A stretch of DNA of 64,000 nucleotides from Alphaproteobacteria bacterium. GTDB lineage: Bacteria > Pseudomonadota > Alphaproteobacteria > SP197. Positions 21,399-32,035 of the stretch are shown here, piece by piece. Within the stretch, counting starts at the first letter, position 1. Each line of letters starts with the position of its first letter. The translations under genes were made by a program, and so were the position numbers. The stretch is taken from positions 2,240,001 to 2,304,000 of the forward strand of contig OZ219747.1 of the NCBI GenBank assembly GCA_964291265.2, given 5' to 3'. The notes beneath the pieces were generated by a model. It was given only the letters and a program-made list of their open reading frames with translations, was not told the origin of the DNA and ran no database searches.

Positions 21399-21689
21399 AT
21401 GCCCCTCACGCCCGCCGAAAAGCAGCGGCGATACCGGGAACGGCGCAAGGCCGGCATCCCTCCCGTCCACACCCCAAAGCACCGTGACCGGCGCTCGCGA
21501 CCGCAACGCTGGAACGACGCCGTGGCCGAACTGCGCGCCCTGCAGGACGAATGGCGTGACCACCTCGACAGCATCCCCGAAAGCCTCCGTGACACGCCTT
21601 ACGGAGAACGCCTGCAGAGCGTCGCCGATGCCGACATCGAGGCCCTCGAGGACATCGAACCGCCACGCGGCTACGGAAGGGATACGTGA
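21399..21689 (+). CDS. Small hypothetical protein with a basic N-terminus
   Basis: MPLTPAEKQRRYRERRK start with AGGAG RBS; intact in both element copies. Confidence 0.65.
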   Translation: MPLTPAEKQRRYRERRKAGIPPVHTPKHRDRRSRPQRWNDAVAELRALQDEWRDHLDSIPESLRDTPYGERLQSVADADIEALEDIEPPRGYGRDT

Positions 21690-22260
21690 TCCCGCAAGAC
21701 CCTTGAACGCGGTCACGCGTTACCATCCAGGAATGAGAACGTCTCACCCCGACGCGCCGCTCAGCCTCCCCGGGAAACTCCCGGGCCGTCCAAACGACAC
21801 CGCATCACGAGACTGCCGCAGCCGCTGGCCGGACTGGCTTACAGGTCGCAGCATCCGCCCGAAAACACTCGACGCCTGCCGCACCCTGCAGGACGAATGG
21901 CGTGACCGCCTCGACAGCATCCCCGAAACCCTCCGTGACACGCCTTACGGAGAACGCCTGCAGAGCGTCGCCGATGCCGACATCGAGGCTCTCGAGGACA
22001 TCGAACCGCCACGCGGCTACGGAAGGGACACGTAATCTCGCAAGACCCTTGAACGCGGTCACGCGTTACCATCCAGGAATGAGAACGTCTCACCCCGACG
22101 CGCCGCTCAGCCTCCCCGGGAAACACCCGGGCCGTCCAAACGACACCGCATCACGAGACTGCCGCAGCCGCTGAGCCGCAGCAACGCCCGATCCGCCGCC
22201 GGACTGGCTCACAGGTCGCAGCATCCGCCCGAAAACACTCGACGCCTGCCGCACCCTGCG
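21538..22260 (+). repeat. About 346-bp tandem duplication in the right arm of the element
   Basis: CCCTGCAGGACGAATGGCGTGACC begins at both 21538 and 21884. Confidence 0.85.
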
Positions 22261-22475
22261 CCGCCGCAACCGCAACGCACGCAGCCTCTTCGCCCAGCGC
22301 AACAGAAACCGTCAGCTCTCCAGCCTCGAGATCGTCCCGCCCGACGAACCACGACGAGGACGGAGAACGCCAGAACAAGACCCCGCGCAAAAGCCTGAAG
22401 CTCCCCTCCCACATCACGTTCCACAAACGCCGAACGCCAGAAAACGCCGACCGGAACGACATCGTCAACGTCAAT
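22150..22475 (+). pseudogene. Degenerate, internally deleted duplicate of the Toprim gene
   Basis: Colinear similarity to ~20775-20975, then jumps to ~21220-21340. Confidence 0.75.
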
Positions 22476-24479
22476 GCAAGACCAATGGGATCCAACAATA
22501 GGCAGAAAACAAAGACCGGGCGGACCTTCGTCCAATGCCGCACGTTCTCCTGTCGTGGTCACCCACTCACACGATCAGCGCCCAAAAGAGCGGTTCTCCG
22601 CCAATATCCCGCCGTTCTAAATCGCCGCCGACACTTGGCCACTTACTTCACTCTCGAGGGCGTGCGCCACGGTGCCTGCAACGCCCATCACCTGCGCGCA
22701 CTCCAGGCCCTGATCGAGATCGAGAAGGAAGACTGGGCCACCGCCATGCACAGGCTCCTCATCCGTGCCAACAGAGCCGCCCGCTTCGCCCGCAAGAACG
22801 ACCGCGACATCCCCGCTTCACTCCTCGCCCGCATCTCGCAAGCCTGGGACAGGATCCTCGAGCAGGCCATCGCTTCCCACGAACAGAGGCCGCCGCTCCA
22901 GCCCGGAAAGCGCGGACGACGAAAACGCCGCATCGGCCACAACCTCGCGCTTCGCCTTCAGAAGCACAAGGACGGCTGCCTGCGCTTCCTCACCAACCCG
23001 CAAGTCCCGTTCTCCAACAACCAGGCCGAGCAAGACTTCCGTATGAGCAAGCTGCGCCAGAAAATCTCGGGCGGCTTCCGATCCATGCAGGGCGCATGTG
23101 ACTTCGCCAAGCTGCGATCCGTCATCTCCACCGCCCGAAAACAGGGCTGGAATGTCCTCGAAACACTGGCTCACCCTGATCCCATACAGCTGATCCCGAA
23201 ACTGCGCTTCTGACATCCCTCCTCGGCGCCATCAGACCGCAGCCATCAATCCACCTCCCGTCAGGACTCGGCGAAATTAGACCTGGGCAGTTACGCACGG
23301 GTTGCGTCGCCTGCGCGAAGGCTTTCCCCTGTGCAACCGTCTCATCCGGGAGATTCACGGGGTCTTGCTCGGTCGCGGTCGCGGCCGCAACAGGGCGCCC
23401 GGAGAGTTTCGCCGCTCAAAAACTGGATCGGAGGCCGTCGCCCCGGGGTGGCGCGCTTCGTCCCACCTCCGGTTTCCGCGGTTGCCGATTGCATGTCCGG
23501 GCTCGAACGCTTCATTGCCGCTGACAACGGCACATTGCCCCTCGTCCTGCGGGCAGGCCTCGCTCATGTACAGTTCGAGACCATCCACCCGTTCCTCGAT
23601 GGGAATGGTCGGGTAGGACGCCTCCTGATCTCGCTCATGCTGCATCATGGCGGCGTCTTGCGCGAGCCGCTTCTGTATCTGAGTCTCCATTTCAAGCAGC
23701 ACCGTGACGACTACTACGTTCTCCTCAACGATGTGCGGTACCGAGGCGACTGGGAAGCTTGGCTTTCGTTCTATCTCGACGGGGTGGCGGAGACCGCCGA
23801 AGGTGCGGTCGAAACCGCGAAGCGACTGCTGGCGCTGTTCGAGGAAGATCAGGCCAGGATCCGGCAGACAGGACGGGCGGCGGGGTCGGCGCTGCGCGTA
23901 CATCAGGCGTTGCGCGAGCGTCCCATCGGATCGATCAGAAAACTGGCCGGGCGCGCAAGCCTTTCCTTTCCAGCGGCATCGGCAGCGGTGAGGAATCTGC
24001 AAGACCTGGGCATTGCCCGGGAATTGACGGACAAGAAGAAGAACCGGCTCTTCGGTTACGACCGCTATCTGGCCATTCTGGGCGAAGGGACGTAACCATG
24101 GTCATCGGCCGACACTGCCGGTTTCGGACCGGCATCCGGCGAAACGGCCTCCAGGCTGAACAGTGCTGGCCAACTTCCGCCCGCCTTCAATCCAGAGCCA
24201 GTCGCCGTTCCCGGGAATCGCTCCCTGCCGCCATGCCGCGACTCTCCGTTCCCCTGATGCCTGCCACGCTTCCTTGCCGTGCCAGCCTCTCACGCCGTTG
24301 ACCGGAGAGCAGGTGTCGTGGGCCGCAACTCGTTCTTGGCCCCGTGGTCTTGATGAACGCCCGGCATGCGGAATCGTGACGGCTCGCGCCTGCGGCAGGT
24401 TTCCAGGCTACCGTGCCGGTGGCATGGCGCGAGTGTGCGTCGGCGAAGGGCTGAAGCGGGCCAGTCGATGGTCGCAACG

Positions 24480-25066
24480 ACCGCTGTTCCATGGCTCGCC
24501 CGGGCGGTGCGGAGTTCGATGCCCTGGCTCCGGGGAGGCCAAGTGGATTGGCAGGGACGGGCTTGCGTGCAGCGGGAAGCGCTTGTCCGGCGCGAGGTTC
24601 TGGCGCAGCTGCGGGAAGAGGCCGAACGCCTCTCCGCCGAAGCCGTGTTCCATCCTGCCAGCCTCCAATCCCGTTTCTCGCAACTGCCCGAGGACCATCC
24701 ACTGAACCGCTTCCTGCGACGTCGGCAAGGGATGACTCGGGTCGACAGATTCGATCGGGAGGGTGCGATTCTCCGGAATGCCGCACCGGGCTGCGAAACG
24801 CTCTGCACCGACGAGAACCATGGGGACGTGAAGCAGGTGCCGGATGGCGATCGGTCGCCCAGGCTGGTGTGTTGGCAGACCTGCAGTTCCTGCGCCGCGC
24901 GTGCACGTTGCATCGTGTGACGTTGTCGGAAGACAGCGGTCGGCGCAGCCTGCTCGCGAGCCATGCCACCGAGCCTGGCGCTACGACGTCTGCTGACGCG
25001 GCGGTGCGCATCCGCAACCAGGCTCATCTTGACCACCATGCCCCTGATTCGGGAGGGGTGGAGTGA
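24480..25066 (+). pseudogene. Probable degraded 2OG-Fe(II) oxygenase-like gene
   Basis: Fragments LPEDHPLNRF...QG and DLQFLRRACTLHRVT in different frames; abuts the sulfatase start. Confidence 0.3.
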
Positions 25067-26544
25067 GCCAACCCCGCAATATCCTCTGGCTTAACACGGA
25101 CCAACAGATGACCGCCAACAAGCCCGGCGTGGCGCGCAAACTGCCCCTGCAGCGCGCACTGGCCGCGCGGGGCATGAACTTCAGGCGGGCATACACGGCA
25201 CTCCCCGTGTGTTCGCCGTCGCGCGCCTCGATGCTGACGGGCCGTTATCCGCACAATCACGGTCTGACGGAAAACGAGGGGCGGTTCGGAGGACGAGACG
25301 GTCTGGAACCGTCCGACTCCCTCGTCACTGACCCGTTTCGCGCAGAGGGGTACCGTTGCGCCTGGTTCGGCAAATGGCATTTGCATGGCAAGCTGGATGC
25401 GCGCGCTTTCGGTTTCGAGGGCTACGCTCCGGCGGACTATGCCTATCCCTATGTCAGCGAGGAGTATGGCGCCTATCTCGAACGCCACGCCTTGCCTGAC
25501 CCGATAGCGCGGATCGAGTTGTCGGGAGAAAGCGGTACGCCACCAGGCACACCGGTCGCCTTGACCCGGGCCGAAGACTGGTTCGCTGGACGAAGGCAGC
25601 GCCATCCTCGAAGGGCCATCGGAAACGCATGAAGCTTTCTTTGTCGTCGACCTCGCCGAACGCTGGCTTCGTGATTCGGGGGACGACCCCTTCTTCGTGC
25701 GTGTGGACACCTGGGGACCGCATCCCCCCTATGTGGTCGGCGCGCCCTTTGCCGGCATGTTCGCCGACCTGAAGAGCGCGGCCTCGCCGAACCTCGTCTC
25801 GGACCTGACGGCGCGCCCGGCTCACCACGCGGCTTATCGCGACTACTGGCGCGACGTTCTTGCCGATTGCGCCCGTGACTTTGCCCTTCTTTCGCGGCGC
25901 GCCCTGCAATCGGCCGCTCTCTGCGAGACGGCGCTGGTGCGGATTCTGGACGTGCTGGAAGAAGGCGGACGGGCCGATGACACGATCATTGTCTTCACGG
26001 CCGATCACGGGGACGCGGTGGCTTCGAACGGCGGAATGATGAACAAGGGTGGGCTCATGGTGGAGGAAACACTGCGTATCCCCATGCTGATCGCCGGTCC
26101 AGGCATTCCCTCGGGACAGGACGACAGCCTGGTCTGCAACATCGATCTGGCGCCGACGCTGCTCGATTTGTGCGGGATCACTGCGCGCGAGATGGACGGA
26201 ACCAGCCTTTGTCCCCTGCTCCGGCGTCACGGATCCTTGTCCCGCGACGGACTGATGACCGAACACTATGGTCTGAAGACACCGCTCTGGCAGCGCGCGT
26301 TCCACCGGGGACACTGGAAGCTCGTCGTGCAGGAAGACGGATTCACCGAGCTGTATGACCTTGCGACCCTGCCGAGATGAACAGCCTGGCGGACAGCGCC
26401 GCCCATGCAGGGACACTTCGCGACATGCGGGACGGCTTGGCAAGGGCACTGGCGAAGTACGGTGACAACTCGGGTCCCGCGATGGCCTTCCGGGATACGG
26501 CAGCGTCAGACTCCGCTCCTGTCCCGTTGCGTCATCCGGGATGA
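25063..26544 (+). pseudogene. Sulfatase-like hydrolase, frameshifted (~25590, ~26370)
   Basis: NILWLNTDQ, CSPSRASMLTG (CxPxR), GKWH, PHPPY, FTADHG, DLAPTLLD, ELYDL. Confidence 0.85.
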
Positions 26545-26754
26545 AGATCCTGGAGTTAAGCGGATGAGGAATCGGAACTGATTCTTCGGCTTGTGACCGT
26601 GATTCCGCACATGCCGCCGACGGGCCGAGACGTCATGCGTGCGGCCGCGCCTGCCGGTTCCGGAACGCAAGGTGACCACGTCACGACCGTCCCGGGTTCA
26701 ACATCCACGGTCCGTCCCGCGCTGAACCGTTGGCCGACATTCGTTCGGGATTCT

Positions 26755-28611
26755 TCAGGAGCGGGTGGCTGATTCCAGTGTCGTACATGCATCGATCCAG
26801 CGCGTTTCGGCCTTCTCCAGCGCTTTCTCGATCTTTTTTCTGCGGGTCATGAGTTCAGTCACGGTTGTACCCTCATGGGCCTTGGGATCGAACAAGATGC
26901 GGTCGATCTCGTCGCGCGAGCAGGTGAGCTCGTTGACCTCGCTCTCGGCCTTGTCGACCGCCTTGCTCAGCTCCCGTGTGCGTTCCCTTTCGACCGCGGC
27001 TCGACGCCGCTCCTCCTTCTTCCTTGAGCGCGGCACCCTTGATCCAGAGTGACGGCCGAGCACCAGGTTGCGGTAATCGTCGAGATTGCCGGCAAAGTCG
27101 GTGGCCTTGCCGTCGGCAACGAGAACGAGTCGGTCTGCCGTCAGTTCGACGAGGTGGCGGTCGTGGCTGATCATGATCACGGCGCCGCTGTATCCGCTGA
27201 GCGCCTGGACCAGGGATTCCCGGGCCTCGATGTCGAGATGGTTGGTCGGCTCGTCGAGGATGATGAGGTGCGGGGCGTCGCGGGTGATGAGCGCCAGGGT
27301 CAGGCGGGCCCGTTCGCCACCCGAGAGCTGGCTGACCGGCAGGGTGGCCTTGTCGCCGGAGAAACCGAAGCGGCCGAGCTGGGCCCGCACGCGTCGCGGT
27401 GTCGCGTCCGGCATCAGGCGCGTCATGTGAAGGAGAGGCGTCTCGCCGGGATCGAGTTCCTCGATCTGGTGCTGAGCGAAATACCCGACACGCAGCCGTG
27501 AGGCCGCCGTCATCGAGCCGCTCATGACATCGAGCCTGCCCGAAAGCAGGAGGGCCAGCGTCGTCTTCCCGTTGCCGTTGCGTCCCAGGAAGGCGATGCG
27601 CTCGTCGGGGTCGATGCGGAGCTGCAGTCGGGCAAGCACAGGCTGCCCGGCCTCATACCCTACCGATGCGTCATCGAGAAGGATCATGGGCGGCCGCAGG
27701 GTGTCGGGATCCGGAAAGTCGAACTGAAGCGTGCTGTCCTCGATGGCGGCGGCCACCGGTTCCATGCGCTCCAGGGCCTTCAGGCGGCTTTGTGCCTGGC
27801 GTGCCGTGTGAGCCTTGTAGCGCCAGCGGTCGACGTAGGCCATGAGCCTGGTTCTCTGCCGTTCCTGTCGGGTGCGCATCGCCTCGATCTGCCCGAGTCG
27901 CTCGCTCAACTGCCTTTCCCAGGCATCGTAGTCGCCTCGGTAGAGCGTCAACGCGCCGCCTTGGAGGTGCAGGATGTGGTCGCAGACATTGTTGAGGAGA
28001 TCCCGCTCGTGGCTGATGACGAGCAGCGTTCCCCGGTAGGCCTTCAGGAAAGACTCCAGCCACAGGGCCGCCTCGAGATCGAGGTAGTTGCTCGGTTCGT
28101 CCAGCAACAGCATGTCGGGGCGGGAGAACAGCAGGGCGGCCAGGGCAATGCGCATGCGCCAGCCGCCGGAGAAACTGTCGACAGTCTGCTGCTGAGCTAC
28201 CTCGTCGAATCCCAGGCCAGCGAGAATGCGGGCGGCTCTTGCCGGTGCGCTGTAGGCATCGATGGCCTGGAGCCTCTCGTGGATGTCGCCGATGCGCTGG
28301 CTCGTTGCGCCGGTAGCCTCCTCTTCCAGGAGGCGGGTTCGCTCCTCATTGGCGGCAAGGACCCTCTCGAGAGGCGTGTCGTGGCCGGCCGGAACGTCCT
28401 GGGCGAGATAGCCGAGACTGGCGTCGCGCCGCATGTCGACCGTGCCGGCATCGGACTCGATCTCTCCGGCGATGACCTTCATCAGCGTCGATTTTCCTGC
28501 GCCGTTGCGGCCGATCAGGCCGACACGGCTTCCCGGCACCAGCGTCGCCGAAGCGCCATCGAGGATCGTGTGGCCACCAAGCCTCACGGTGATTCCAGAG
28601 AGTGCGAGCAT
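26755..28611 (-). CDS. ABC-F family ATPase
   Basis: Two ABC domains (GRNGAGKST, FSGGWRMR, DEPSN; GRNGNGKTT, LSGGERAR, DEPTN), no TM segments, C-terminal coiled coil. Confidence 0.92.
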   Translation of the reverse strand: MLALSGITVRLGGHTILDGASATLVPGSRVGLIGRNGAGKSTLMKVIAGEIESDAGTVDMRRDASLGYLAQDVPAGHDTPLERVLAANEERTRLLEEEATGATSQRIGDIHERLQAIDAYSAPARAARILAGLGFDEVAQQQTVDSFSGGWRMRIALAALLFSRPDMLLLDEPSNYLDLEAALWLESFLKAYRGTLLVISHERDLLNNVCDHILHLQGGALTLYRGDYDAWERQLSERLGQIEAMRTRQERQRTRLMAYVDRWRYKAHTARQAQSRLKALERMEPVAAAIEDSTLQFDFPDPDTLRPPMILLDDASVGYEAGQPVLARLQLRIDPDERIAFLGRNGNGKTTLALLLSGRLDVMSGSMTAASRLRVGYFAQHQIEELDPGETPLLHMTRLMPDATPRRVRAQLGRFGFSGDKATLPVSQLSGGERARLTLALITRDAPHLIILDEPTNHLDIEARESLVQALSGYSGAVIMISHDRHLVELTADRLVLVADGKATDFAGNLDDYRNLVLGRHSGSRVPRSRKKEERRRAAVERERTRELSKAVDKAESEVNELTCSRDEIDRILFDPKAHEGTTVTELMTRRKKIEKALEKAETRWIDACTTLESATRS

Positions 28612-28820
28612 GATCGACTGATACCACGCCGGCACCCCACGCGTCACTCCGTTGCGACGGCATGAGCAATTCGGCAAGGGACCGCCGCAAGGCTTGACGT
28701 TCGGGTCGCCATTCTATGGCGAGAGGGGCGCAGGGAGCCGGAGGCCTGCAGTGAACGCTTGGACGGCTGCAGCAAGCAGGTCGGCCCCGACACGCTCACA
28801 CCCCGGAACCGGTCGTCCGG

Positions 28821-29717
28821 TCAGCCGGCAGACCGTCCGAGTGGCCGGGGGAGGCCCAGGGGGACGATACGGTAGAGGAGCCTGCGATGGCGCGGAGTTT
28901 CCGGTGCGCCGATGGGCCGGGCGCAATGCAGTGTCACGGTATTGTCCCACATCAGGAGATCGCCCGGGCGGTAACGGTGGGTCCAGGTGAAGCGCCCGGA
29001 GATGGCGTGGAGCTTGAGGCGGCGCACAAGGTCCGACGCTGCACCGTGCTCCATGTTGTCGATGGCCACCATGGAGCCGGCCGGGGCATAGAGCGTCTTC
29101 TCTCCGGTCAGGGTATGCGGCCTCGCGACCGGACGGCGAGCCGGCGGCGGCAGGAGTTCGGCAGTCTCGTCGGTGACGGGTTGCAGGGGATGCTCGAAGT
29201 CCTCGCGTCCACCGAGCATCTCGCCTGTGCCGGAATACACATGGAGTGCTGTCAGAGACTCGATCGTGCGCTGTGTCTCCGGATCAAGTCCGCGCCAGGC
29301 TGCTCCCATGTCGGCAATCAGGGTTTCGCCTCCTTCCGCCGGCGCCTCCAGGCACCACAGCATGGTGGTGGCGTCCGCATCGGCTTCGGTGGCGCAGTCG
29401 GTATGCCAGAACGCGGCGCCGTTGCGGTACTCCTCACGCACGTTGACGCCACCGACATTGCCGACCGTCGACATGAAGTCGTATCCGGGAACATTGCGTT
29501 CCTGGAAACCGTCGACGCGCGGCGTGCCCCAGGCACGGGCAAACCGGGCGAAGTCGTCCGGAGCCAGCTCCTGGTTACGAAAGAGCAGGACCTTGTGTGC
29601 GACAAAGGCCCGTGCCAGTGCTTCGAGAGTCGCAGCATCGAGAGTACGAGAGAGGTCGATACCGCGCACTTCCGCGGCAAAGGTGGCGTTCAGGCGATGA
29701 ATGTCGGGAACGGACAT
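28821..29717 (-). CDS. TauD/TfdA family dioxygenase
   Basis: WHTD, GGETL, GDLLMWDN..TLH, R. Confidence 0.9.
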   Translation of the reverse strand: MSVPDIHRLNATFAAEVRGIDLSRTLDAATLEALARAFVAHKVLLFRNQELAPDDFARFARAWGTPRVDGFQERNVPGYDFMSTVGNVGGVNVREEYRNGAAFWHTDCATEADADATTMLWCLEAPAEGGETLIADMGAAWRGLDPETQRTIESLTALHVYSGTGEMLGGREDFEHPLQPVTDETAELLPPPARRPVARPHTLTGEKTLYAPAGSMVAIDNMEHGAASDLVRRLKLHAISGRFTWTHRYRPGDLLMWDNTVTLHCARPIGAPETPRHRRLLYRIVPLGLPRPLGRSAG

Positions 29718-29760
29718 GCCAGTGGGACTCCTTGGGTACGTGTACGGACAACCCGTCGAC

Positions 29761-30529
29761 GTAACGACTCATCCCTTGTTGAGGTGGCCGTAGTGCTCGT
29801 TGATGATGTCTGCGGCCATTCCGTCGAGGGCGATGTGGATGGCGACGTGATGATTGTATCCGAGTGCCTCCATGGAGGTGAGGAAGCTTGAGTCTCGGCA
29901 CCATGCTATTGCGTGGAGCATGGTGCGGAAACATCCGGACACCTTGATCTTGACCTTTGTCATCCTGATCTTCTGTTCACCGGCATGGTTGGTGAAGCTG
30001 ACGTCGGGGTCCTTCATAAAGCGCAGGACGGACGTCTCGTGTTTCACGAGACGTTCATGCAGGTTGTGCGCGTCGAACTGTGCGATGCGTCCACGTTTTC
30101 CTCATCGTCCGTGGCGGGATGTCGGGCAGTTCTCTGGCGCCCTGGGTGAGGATGGTGCGGTAGCGCTTGCACACGGCCCGGCGGTCGGCCTCGTTCAGGG
30201 TCTTGGATGCGCTCTTGTCGACCCTGTGGCAGGTCTCGCGCTGCAGGTGGCTGCCGCACAGCTGGTGGCGACACTGGTCGTAGCCCATGTAGGCAGCCCA
30301 GCAGTCGTGGATCAGAACGCCCTCATAGGGCGGGATGATACCGATCTCTTCGATCGCCTCCCGGCCGCGCTTGGGGTGCGGGAATGTCACGGTCAGGGTG
30401 CCGTCGGTGACGACATAGGAGCCATGGGGTCTTGCCGGCGACCCGCAAGCCGGTCTCGTCGACATGCCGGCCCGGGCGTTGCAGGAGATGGGTCACGGCG
30501 GCCTCCTCCCATGATGCGAGCGCATCGTG
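29761..30529 (-). pseudogene. IS66 tnpC 3' remnant with right TIR, close to copy A
   Basis: GTAACGACTCATCCC at 29761; frameshifted and deleted copy of ~7170-8007. Confidence 0.85.
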
Positions 30530-30629
30530 AAATCTTGAGGTCACTGCAGTTCCTCTTTTTCTCAGGTGCGGAACCGCAGTCATGGTACACTGTTTGAGGT
30601 GACGAGTCCGGCCGAACAGGGAGTAGGGC

Positions 30630-31523
30630 ATGCCTGCGGATATACTGTTTGCAATCAATCAGAAGCTGTGGCGCCTTGAGAAACTCCTCGACGAAGTCAG
30701 GGAGAAGGTCCGCGGACTCGAAGAGGATGAGAGAGCACTGGCATGGATGCATAAGGTCGAGGACGCCCGCCTGCGGCACATCGAACGAGTAGTCCGCGGC
30801 CTTGAACCGCAGGGATGGGTGCGAAGGTTGTTGATGAGATTGATCGGGGCGACGCGCCCGGACATGGTCAGGGACATCACCGGGATACTCCTTGAACCCG
30901 TCGTCGGAGAATTGGAGGAGTTGCGCAAGCGCCTTGCCGACGCTCGGAAGGAGGTGTGCCGCCTAGAAGAGGAGGCGCGGAGGCTGACATCTCGAAAGCA
31001 CGAGATCACGTACGCCCGCAAGCGGCCCAACGAAGAGACGATCCGCCGCTTCGAGGCGCCGGGACGGGTACGGACGGCGCTAACGCGAATGGTCGAGGAT
31101 GTCTTTGCCACAATGAAGCGCCAGGAGAAAGCAGGCGAAGCCGGCGATTTCGAGGAAATCTGGCGTCTCATGGAGGTCGAGAAGGCGCAACGAGCGCAGC
31201 TGCATGCCTTGTGGCGCATCGATCCGGTGTGCCATGCCAAGGGCACGTGGACGGCAGTCACAAGGGAGAAGCACCTGCCACACGGCATGGGTGCATGCTT
31301 TCCCGCAATGCGAGCGGAGAACGTCACGAGCGAACGCCTGAAGGAAGCGCGAATCCACGGTTGTCGTTCGGAGGTTCAGCGTCTGGAAGAAGAGGAACGC
31401 ATGCTGAGGGAGATGGGTGACGAGATCGGCGGCTGCGTCATTCTCGAACCCCGTCCCGCCGGCTTCTTGGCACCGCCGAAAACGTCGCCCTCGCAGTCCG
31501 GAATGAACGGTCGCCACCTCTGA
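30630..31523 (+). CDS. Hypothetical coiled-coil protein
   Basis: 297-aa ORF with GGAG RBS, rich in charged heptads; no family recognised. Confidence 0.55.
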   Translation: MPADILFAINQKLWRLEKLLDEVREKVRGLEEDERALAWMHKVEDARLRHIERVVRGLEPQGWVRRLLMRLIGATRPDMVRDITGILLEPVVGELEELRKRLADARKEVCRLEEEARRLTSRKHEITYARKRPNEETIRRFEAPGRVRTALTRMVEDVFATMKRQEKAGEAGDFEEIWRLMEVEKAQRAQLHALWRIDPVCHAKGTWTAVTREKHLPHGMGACFPAMRAENVTSERLKEARIHGCRSEVQRLEEEERMLREMGDEIGGCVILEPRPAGFLAPPKTSPSQSGMNGRHL

Positions 31524-31594
31524 CGTCAGAACGTACCCGCTCGGAAGAAGGGGCGTCGGCGAAACCGGGAGTTGCGGAATTCCCGAGGGGCCTC

Positions 31595-32035
31595 ATGCGG
31601 GGCCGAGCGTTGCAGGAGATGCGCTACGGCGGCCTTCTCCCATGGCGCGAGCGCATCGTGAAGGCGCTGGACTTGGCCGAGGCAGGTCGCCTCGGGGAGC
31701 CTGATGCCGGAGATCGCCTGCATGAGCGCGACGGCACGGCGCAAGGATGAGCATGTGGGCGATCAGCAGGTTGATGACGAGAGCCTGGATGCCGACGCCG
31801 TACTGCATGGGGCTCGGCACTACGGGCACTCCTTGATCTCGGCGTCGACGCGGCGCTCGACGACCTCGAACACGATGTCGTAGAGGACGCGTCGCTCCCG
31901 GTCGACGGGGTTGTTGACGCCGTCGAGGTCGGCGCCGCAGGCCTCGACGGCAATCGTCTCCTCGACGGTGGTCTTGCGCAGGTTGTCCCCGTCTGCTGGT
32001 TCGGCTTCGGGCCCTTGCCGTCGCTCCCGGTCATC
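31595..32035 (-). pseudogene. IS66 tnpC middle remnant
   Basis: GKGPKPNQQTG, PMQYGVGIQALVINLLIA, ISGIRLPEATCLG match the copy A TnpC. Confidence 0.8.

Larger units (their letters stand above)
17314..22633 (+). mobile_element. IS21-like transposon with a Toprim primase-like gene, copy 1 (5320 bp)
   Basis: TGT...ACA ends sharing the inverted TAGAACGGCGGGAT motif; 5-bp TSD CTTGG (17309-17313, 22634-22638); near-identical copy at 44347-49672. Confidence 0.93.
16347..23213 (+). pseudogene. tnpC: IS66 transposase TnpC with a TAG at 16854-16856, interrupted by the IS21-like element (16347-17313 + 22639-23213)
   Basis: SSKPPASD, CKGCG, HLDETG, WLHV, IHDDL|ATYF, CNAHHLRAL, FSNNQAEQDFRMSKLRQKISGGFRS. 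Confidence 0.88.
15529..23294 (+). mobile_element. IS66-family element carrying a DNA adenine methyltransferase, copy B (divergent from A)
   Basis: TIRs GTAACTACCCAGGT / ACCTGGGCAGTTAC; 8-bp TSD GCATGGGT (15521-15528) / GCACGGGT (23295-23302), 1 mismatch. Confidence 0.9.
15163..24095 (+). pseudogene. Fic family protein split by IS66 copy B (15163-15528 + 23295-24095), also frameshifted
   Basis: RKEAVLSSRIEGT N-terminal motif; HPFLDGNGRVGR Fic motif; C-terminal HTH; TSD-defined junction. Confidence 0.85.
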
